In this document: positions 58,086 to 64,000 of the stretch, in pieces
Layout: every line of letters begins with the position of its first letter
Position numbering within the stretch: the stretch's first letter is position 1
Assembly: GCA_963693365.1 (NCBI GenBank)
Contig: CAVNZM010000007.1
Coordinates: 7,251,962 to 7,315,961 of the forward strand
Length of the DNA: 64,000 nucleotides
Reading direction: 5' to 3'
Origin: Amoebidium appalachense
Lineage: Eukaryota > Protista > Ichthyosporea
Translations under genes and position numbers: made by a program
Notes under the pieces: model-generated
Databases searched by the model: none
What the model was told of the DNA's origin: nothing
The model's input: only the letters and a program-made list of their open reading frames with translations

Positions 58086-59649
58086 CCCTGTGACACTGGA
58101 AGAAGCAATCTCCAGGCCAGATGGTGCAAAGTGGAAGGCTGCGCTGGACGAGGAGTACGAATCTCTAGTCAAGAATGGGACATGGTCACTGGTGCCACTC
58201 CCACCAGGTCGTCGGGCAGTTTCCTTCAAGTGGGTCTTCAAGATGAAACGCAACGCCGACGGCAGTGTCGAGCGCTACAAGGCCCGTGGTGTGGCCAGGG
58301 GCTTCTCTCAGCAAGAGGGGATAGACTACGAAGAGACCTTTGCCCCGGTGGCCAAGTTCACCAGCTTCAGACTTCTCTTCGCTATGGCAGCGGCAGAGAA
58401 CATGCACCTCACACAAATAGATATCATCACGGCGTTCCTGAACGGCGACATCAAGGAAGAGCTGTACATGCAGCAACCGCGTGGGTACGAGGTACCCGGA
58501 AAGGAAGACTATGTGTGTCGTTTGCACAAAAGTCTGTATGGCCTCAAGCAAGCAGCAAGGTGCTGGAATGAGAAGATGCATGAGGCTATGGTCGATCTTG
58601 ACTTCACACGTGTGGAAGCTGATCGATGTGTCTACTTCAAGGTCAACGGAAGTGGAAAGACGGTGGTGGCTGTGCATGTGGACGACATGCTAGTGGCGGC
58701 GTCGACAGATGATCTTATTCAAGAATTCGTCAGGCAGGTTGCGACGAAGTTCTCCGTCAAGGTGATCGGCGAGCCAAAGCTGCTACTCGGTGTGCAGGTC
58801 AGTCGTGACGCTGCAACAGGCGATATAAAATTGTCACAGGAAACGTACATCAAGTCATTGATGCGGCGCTTCAACATGGTCGACTGCAAGGCTAAGTCAA
58901 CACCGCTACCGGAGCGATGCGTGTTGAGCAAGGCCATGAGTCCGGCAAGCGAGGAGGAGAGAGTGGCGATGCGGCAAGTTCCTTATGCCAGAGCTGTGGG
59001 CTCCTTAATGTACGCAATGGTGGCCACCCGGCCAGACATTGCACAAGCAGTGGGGGAACTTAGTAAGTTCGTGAGCAACCCGGGACTTCAACACTGGGAC
59101 GCAGCCAAACATCTTCTCCGGTACCTCAAGGGGACAACCAACTACGGGATTGTCTACCGCGGAGGACGAGGAGGGAGTACAACAGTGGAGGGATTCACTG
59201 ACTCCGATTACGCTGGCAACTCCGACGACCGTAAGTCGACGAGCGGATACATCTTCACTGCCAATGGATCTGCCATCAGCTGGGGCAGCAAGCAACAGAA
59301 GACTGTGGCTACTTCATCTACAGAGGCGGAGTATATGGCTACGTGCCTGGCAGTCAAAGAGGCTAAGTGGCTACGACAGCTGCTGGGGCAGCTGGGCTAC
59401 GATATGAGTGAGGCGACCATCATCTACGCCGACAACCAGGCCAGCATCAAGCTTGCAAGGAACCCGATGCTCCATAACAGGAGCAAACACATCGACGTTC
59501 AGTACCACTACACCCGTGAGTGTGTGGAGAATGGGGATGTAGAACTTGTGTATTGCAGCACGAACAGTAACGTGGCCGACATGTGCACCAAAGCTTTAGG
59601 GAGACTTAAGTTAGTGCAGCATCGGCAGGCCATCGGCATGGCTGAGTAA
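58054..59649 (+). CDS. Copia RT-RNase H portion, in the +1 frame
   Basis: RYKARGVARGFSQ, QIDIITAFLNG, SLYGLKQA, VHVDDML, FTDSDYAG, SSTEAEY, YADNQ, KHIDVQYH, NVADMCTK. Confidence 0.95.
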   Translation: MRVLIAMRMSDPVTLEEAISRPDGAKWKAALDEEYESLVKNGTWSLVPLPPGRRAVSFKWVFKMKRNADGSVERYKARGVARGFSQQEGIDYEETFAPVAKFTSFRLLFAMAAAENMHLTQIDIITAFLNGDIKEELYMQQPRGYEVPGKEDYVCRLHKSLYGLKQAARCWNEKMHEAMVDLDFTRVEADRCVYFKVNGSGKTVVAVHVDDMLVAASTDDLIQEFVRQVATKFSVKVIGEPKLLLGVQVSRDAATGDIKLSQETYIKSLMRRFNMVDCKAKSTPLPERCVLSKAMSPASEEERVAMRQVPYARAVGSLMYAMVATRPDIAQAVGELSKFVSNPGLQHWDAAKHLLRYLKGTTNYGIVYRGGRGGSTTVEGFTDSDYAGNSDDRKSTSGYIFTANGSAISWGSKQQKTVATSSTEAEYMATCLAVKEAKWLRQLLGQLGYDMSEATIIYADNQASIKLARNPMLHNRSKHIDVQYHYTRECVENGDVELVYCSTNSNVADMCTKALGRLKLVQHRQAIGMAE

Positions 59650-59782
59650 GAACTACAAATAGTGTAGTGTTAATGTTCGTGTAGTAGGTGTTATATGTGT
59701 TAGTATAGTAGCATAGTTTTAGAGTTGCATCTTAGGTTTAGGTTGCATGCGGTACATAGATAGAACACAGTGCAAGTGGGGG

Positions 59783-60088
59783 TGTCGAACAGGATAGCCA
59801 TCCGGTATGCCCTGCGTTAGCGTAGCACTAGTGATCGGGAATATTCGAGATATTCGGGATAAACAGGTGGATAGGTTCACGATAGATCAGGATAGATCTA
59901 GAAGAGTCTAGAAGATTCTATTGGAGTGTTTTGATTGGTAGCGACTAGATCCATAGCGGCGGGTAGACCAATCGGGAATAGTATGTAACATTCCAGTGAG
60001 CCAGACCACAAGTATATAAAGGTCCCGGCGGGCCAGTCAATGCAAGTCAGCAAATAATAAAGTCTCACAGAGAAACCTCTAAGTTACA
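59783..60088 (+). repeat. 3' LTR (306 bp), TG...CA
   Basis: Direct repeat of the 5' LTR, followed by the TSD CCAAC. Confidence 0.95.
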
Positions 60089-60409
60089 CCAACACATCCC
60101 AGAAATCAAATCTAAGCAAGTGATAGATAGGTTGTTACGCATTAGAGTTGACAAAACATCCTTTGCAAGTTAACTAAACAGTCCTGTAGATTCAGAACAA
60201 TGCCTATAAACTTATTGTGCACAATGTGTACCAAAGCATGTGTCCACGCTAAAACCCTCCCCACCCCCCCCCCCCCCCCACCCCCCCCCCCCCCTTCCCC
60301 CCTTCCCTCCAACCCCCCTCCCTCCCCCCCCCCCCCCCGTCAAAATCTGTTTTTATGTCCGTCATAAATATGTATATTGTACTCTGGTAACTGTTGTAAC
60401 GAAAGCAGT

Positions 60410-60440
<31 letters not shown>

Positions 60441-61004
60441 CCCCCTCCCCCCCCCCCCCCCCCCCCCCCTCCCCCCCCCTTCCCCCCACCCTCTCCTTCT
60501 TCTCCCTGCGTCCCTGATTTGGTGCTTTCGATGATGCATGTATGCCTGAAGTATTTTAAGGAAACCTGAGTTCATTGCGCTCTTGTTTTGTGTTGTGCTG
60601 CTCTGGTATGCGCACATGTGGGTGAGGCAGGTTGGCTCTCCTTTTTTTCTTTTCTCTCTCTCTCCTCTCTCTCTCCCCCCTCTCTCTCCTTCTCTTTGTG
60701 TGTGTGGGTCTGCCCGGGCGGGTTGAAGGGGTGGGGGGGAAGGAGAAGGGGAAGGGGGAGGGGGGGGGGGGGGGGGGGGCAGCACATGTGCGGTTTCTGA
60801 AATTTAACCACGGAAAAGCTTCACACATCCACCAAGTATTCTTGAATTATTAGAGTACACAGCTAAGGCATTGTGTGGGAAGGAAGGGGGTTACTTTTTT
60901 CTTCTTTGCTTTTTGCCCTTTTTTGCTTGCTTGTTTATATGGATGGCTGAGTCACTGTGGGTGGGCGGGTAGGTGTTTGTTTGTTTTGGTTTTTTTTTTT
61001 TTTT

Positions 61005-61035
<31 letters not shown>

Positions 61036-61290
61036 GGATGGAAGCGAGGGGAGGGGGGGCAGGGGGAGGGGGAAATGTGGGGAGGGGGGGGAGGGGAGGG
61101 GCTACGTTGATGAAAGAGAAACAAACACCCAAAGTCAATGCAGCCGTGCTTTGGTGCAATCAACCACGTTCTGTCTAACATGCCACACATATATAATATT
61201 CCGAAGGGGTTGGGAAATGTGCCCATACACTCTTCAACACACACCAGTGCACCGTGCACACCCACAACACCGCACACACACCCACACACG

Positions 61291-61337
<47 letters not shown>

Positions 61338-61462
61338 ACGTACACCATCATCACAAGCACCCACCTACCCAGTGTTAAACATATGCACCACCCCCTGTAA
61401 GCTCATGACACGTACTCACACCCCCTATACCCCGAACCTGCATGAGTCCACGTGCCCACACG

Positions 61463-61547
<85 letters not shown>

Positions 61548-61979
61548 GCACACACACGCACACACAAATATACGTACATGCACAATGCAAGGGTGTGTGG
61601 CAGAGTGTATCTGTGTACGGCCCTGTCTGGCGACTGTTAGCTAATTTTGTGTGTGCGGGGGGGGGGGGGGGGGGGGGGGGAGGGGGGGAGGGGGGGAGGG
61701 GCGGGAGGGAGGGGGGAGGGGGGGGGGGGGAAGCATGTGTGTGTTAGTATGACCCTGGGTGTTTGTCAGTGTGTAGGTGTGTTCGTGTGTGTCTGTGTTT
61801 TTTGTGTACTACTGTGTGTGCTCTACATGTGATTATGTGCGTGTGATAAGGATATTTTCCCTCTTTCCTTTTTCTTTCTTCTTTCTTTCTTTCTTTGTTT
61901 ATTGATCGTAAACACGTCCTACTTTTCTTTTCTTCTCTTTTTAATTTTGGTGATGGTGGTGGTGGTGGTGGTGGTGCGT

Positions 61980-62056
<77 letters not shown>

Positions 62057-62457
62057 TGTTGCTCGAGATCATTTTCATAAGCACCCTGCACGAGTCCTTT
62101 CTTGGTTCAATACCGTTTGATGTTATGTACAGTTTTCTCTCGTCAACACCCAGAGCATACATGCAAGACCTCAGGCCAATCACTGTAAACCATGGCATCA
62201 TATGTGCACCAATTATGATATATCTGACCATTTAAGGTGCGCCTTAAGCTGTGTTCATATGCTGTTGAGACCAGACCTACATAATCCCCCCCCCCCCCCC
62301 CCCCCAATTTCATGTAAGACATTGTAACCACTCCCCCCCCCCCCCCCCCCCCAAAAAAAAAAAAAAAAATTCACCATTCATTCATCACGTGTTGCAACCA
62401 TCGACTAGAATAGCAACTCGCACCGGAGCACCCGCCAAAGCGACCAATCACAAATGC

Positions 62458-63369
62458 TCAATTCCCAGAACGTATGACATCCATCCAATAACCAACAGTC
62501 AACCTCCTTCTCACATCCTCTAATCTCCCTGGAACATTAAACTGCTCAATCCAATAATCGTGCCATTTGTTTAGGTTTTCCGGTGTCACCTGCCCCCACG
62601 AATCAACCAAAACTACCGGAAGGCCCTCGAACATTCCACAGAAAGCAGCAAATTTTGGAGCCCTGGGAACGATAACAATGTGACCCAATTGGAGAGCCTC
62701 CCACGTTCTATGACAATCCAACCCGGCACCAAACGGGGAAGCAACAAAAGCATGTCGTAATCTCCCACGCCACATTTCATATCGCGGAAGACGATTGGTT
62801 TGGAATTCGACGGAATGCGGCGGAAGTTCCCGCAGAACGGCCGCAGCGTGAACTCGGCCCACCGAAGTCTCCGTCGCCCAAATTTTCGACGAGTCGCTGG
62901 GGTTCAAATGAAAATCCACGTGCACGGACGGGGTCCTTTGCTCTAGAGGGATCTGCCATGCGATGGATTCGACCAGTCGGCTCTGGTCCCATGGGTACGC
63001 CCGATCCACCCGCCAATAGTCTGGGTCCAAATACGGGGTGTGAAAATCGTTGCCTACAGGTATCGGGCGTAATTTTTCGTGTTGGGTGGCGAGATTTTGC
63101 GCATACCAACGAATAAGGTATGAATGGTTTAGGAGGATCGTTAAGAGGTCACTGGGAACGGATGTGGGCATGGAAAGGGTGGAATCCCCCGTGACCAGTG
63201 TGAATGGAACTTTAATGAGGGGAAGTGATTGGTTGATGAAAGGGATTAAATCCTTGCCGCGGACATAGATCACCTCACCCGGGGTTATGTTGACGTAGAG
63301 TAGTGGGTTGAAGCCACAGTAGACATCAAAGCTAAAGCATTCTCTGTGCGGGCTCCGGTCGCTGGCCAA
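62458..63369 (-). CDS. Glycosyltransferase-like (exostosin/GT47-related) catalytic exon; 5' part further upstream and unresolved
   Basis: PFTLVTGDS..P, LIRWYAQN, HEKLRPIPVGNDFH, FVASPFGAGLDCHRTWEAL, LPVVLVDSW..VT. Confidence 0.75.
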   Translation of the reverse strand: MASDRSPHRECFSFDVYCGFNPLLYVNITPGEVIYVRGKDLIPFINQSLPLIKVPFTLVTGDSTLSMPTSVPSDLLTILLNHSYLIRWYAQNLATQHEKLRPIPVGNDFHTPYLDPDYWRVDRAYPWDQSRLVESIAWQIPLEQRTPSVHVDFHLNPSDSSKIWATETSVGRVHAAAVLRELPPHSVEFQTNRLPRYEMWRGRLRHAFVASPFGAGLDCHRTWEALQLGHIVIVPRAPKFAAFCGMFEGLPVVLVDSWGQVTPENLNKWHDYWIEQFNVPGRLEDVRRRLTVGYWMDVIRSGN

Positions 63370-63628
63370 TGAAATTGCCCAACTCCAAATAAGGAAATTT
63401 TCCGATGGGAGGGGGGCAAAGAGATCCGGGGCGGTTTTGCCGGTTGGTTTTGGTGCATTGGGTGGAACGATGACAGGGGCTGCAGCTGGTGCATGTTTGC
63501 GTGTCTCCTGGGGGAGGAAACGGGGGAAACAGAGGGTGAGTGTGTGGAGAGGACATAGGGGGAGGGGGTGGGGGGGGGGGGGGGAGGGGGGGGAGAGCAG
63601 GAAGGGCTAAGAGGAAGGGGGAAGGGGG

Positions 63629-63691
<63 letters not shown>

Positions 63692-63718
63692 CGTGTGTGT
63701 GTGTGTGCGCACACGCAT

Positions 63719-63759
<41 letters not shown>

Positions 63760-63809
63760 TTTGTTTTTTTGGGTTTGGGGAGGAAGGGGGGAGGGGGGAG
63801 GGAGGAAAA

Positions 63810-63858
<49 letters not shown>

Positions 63859-64000
63859 TTCAGAAAGTTACAGTCGAGGTTGAGATGAATTTTGTGGTGC
63901 TTATCATGCTAAACTCAAACTCGTGGTGTTTGGTCAAACTCGGGGTGTTCGATTGTTAAGAAGGTGGGAATGGGGGAGCGAGTGAGGAAGGAAGGGAGAG

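Larger units (their letters stand above)
55156..60088 (+). mobile_element. Full-length Ty1/Copia LTR retrotransposon
   Basis: LTRs 55156-55461 and 59783-60088, 5-bp TSD CCAAC on both sides, PBS-like GGTTACGGACCCAG, PPT AAGTGGGGG, and Gag-PR-INT-RT-RH order. Confidence 0.98.

Overview
Eukaryotic, intron-rich genomic DNA saturated with (CA/TG)n, (GA)n, (GGGT)n and poly(C)/poly(G) tracts. Almost all short ORFs in the supplied track are microsatellite artefacts. Hand-splicing recovers five multi-exon genes: a MoxR/ChlI-like AAA+ pseudo-ATPase (+), a class I heme peroxidase of CcP type (+), a secreted SOUL heme-binding protein (+), a class-3 lipase (-) and a SpoU/TrmJ-like RNA methyltransferase (-). 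There is also a glycosyltransferase-like ORF (-) and a disrupted intronless LRR gene. Mobile DNA includes a LINE-type RT element embedded in (CA)n, a full-length Copia element with 306-bp LTRs and a CCAAC TSD, a probable solo LTR, and a Ginger-like integrase DNA transposon with perfect TIRs inserted in a C-tract. The most striking unexplained signal is a dispersed non-coding repeat family with at least 7 copies, variably 5'-truncated, with 3' ends of the GCATTCAAA type abutting poly(C). Its ~160-nt core shows compensatory base changes in several helices, including two pseudoknot-type pairings, and conserves hammerhead-like words (CUGAGGA, GAAA, GUU) in a non-standard order. It is a candidate new structured RNA or ribozyme carried by a poly(C)-associated retroposon. 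The organism cannot be determined from the sequence. Gene models and coordinates were derived by eye, and some homopolymer lengths and indels may be assembly errors.
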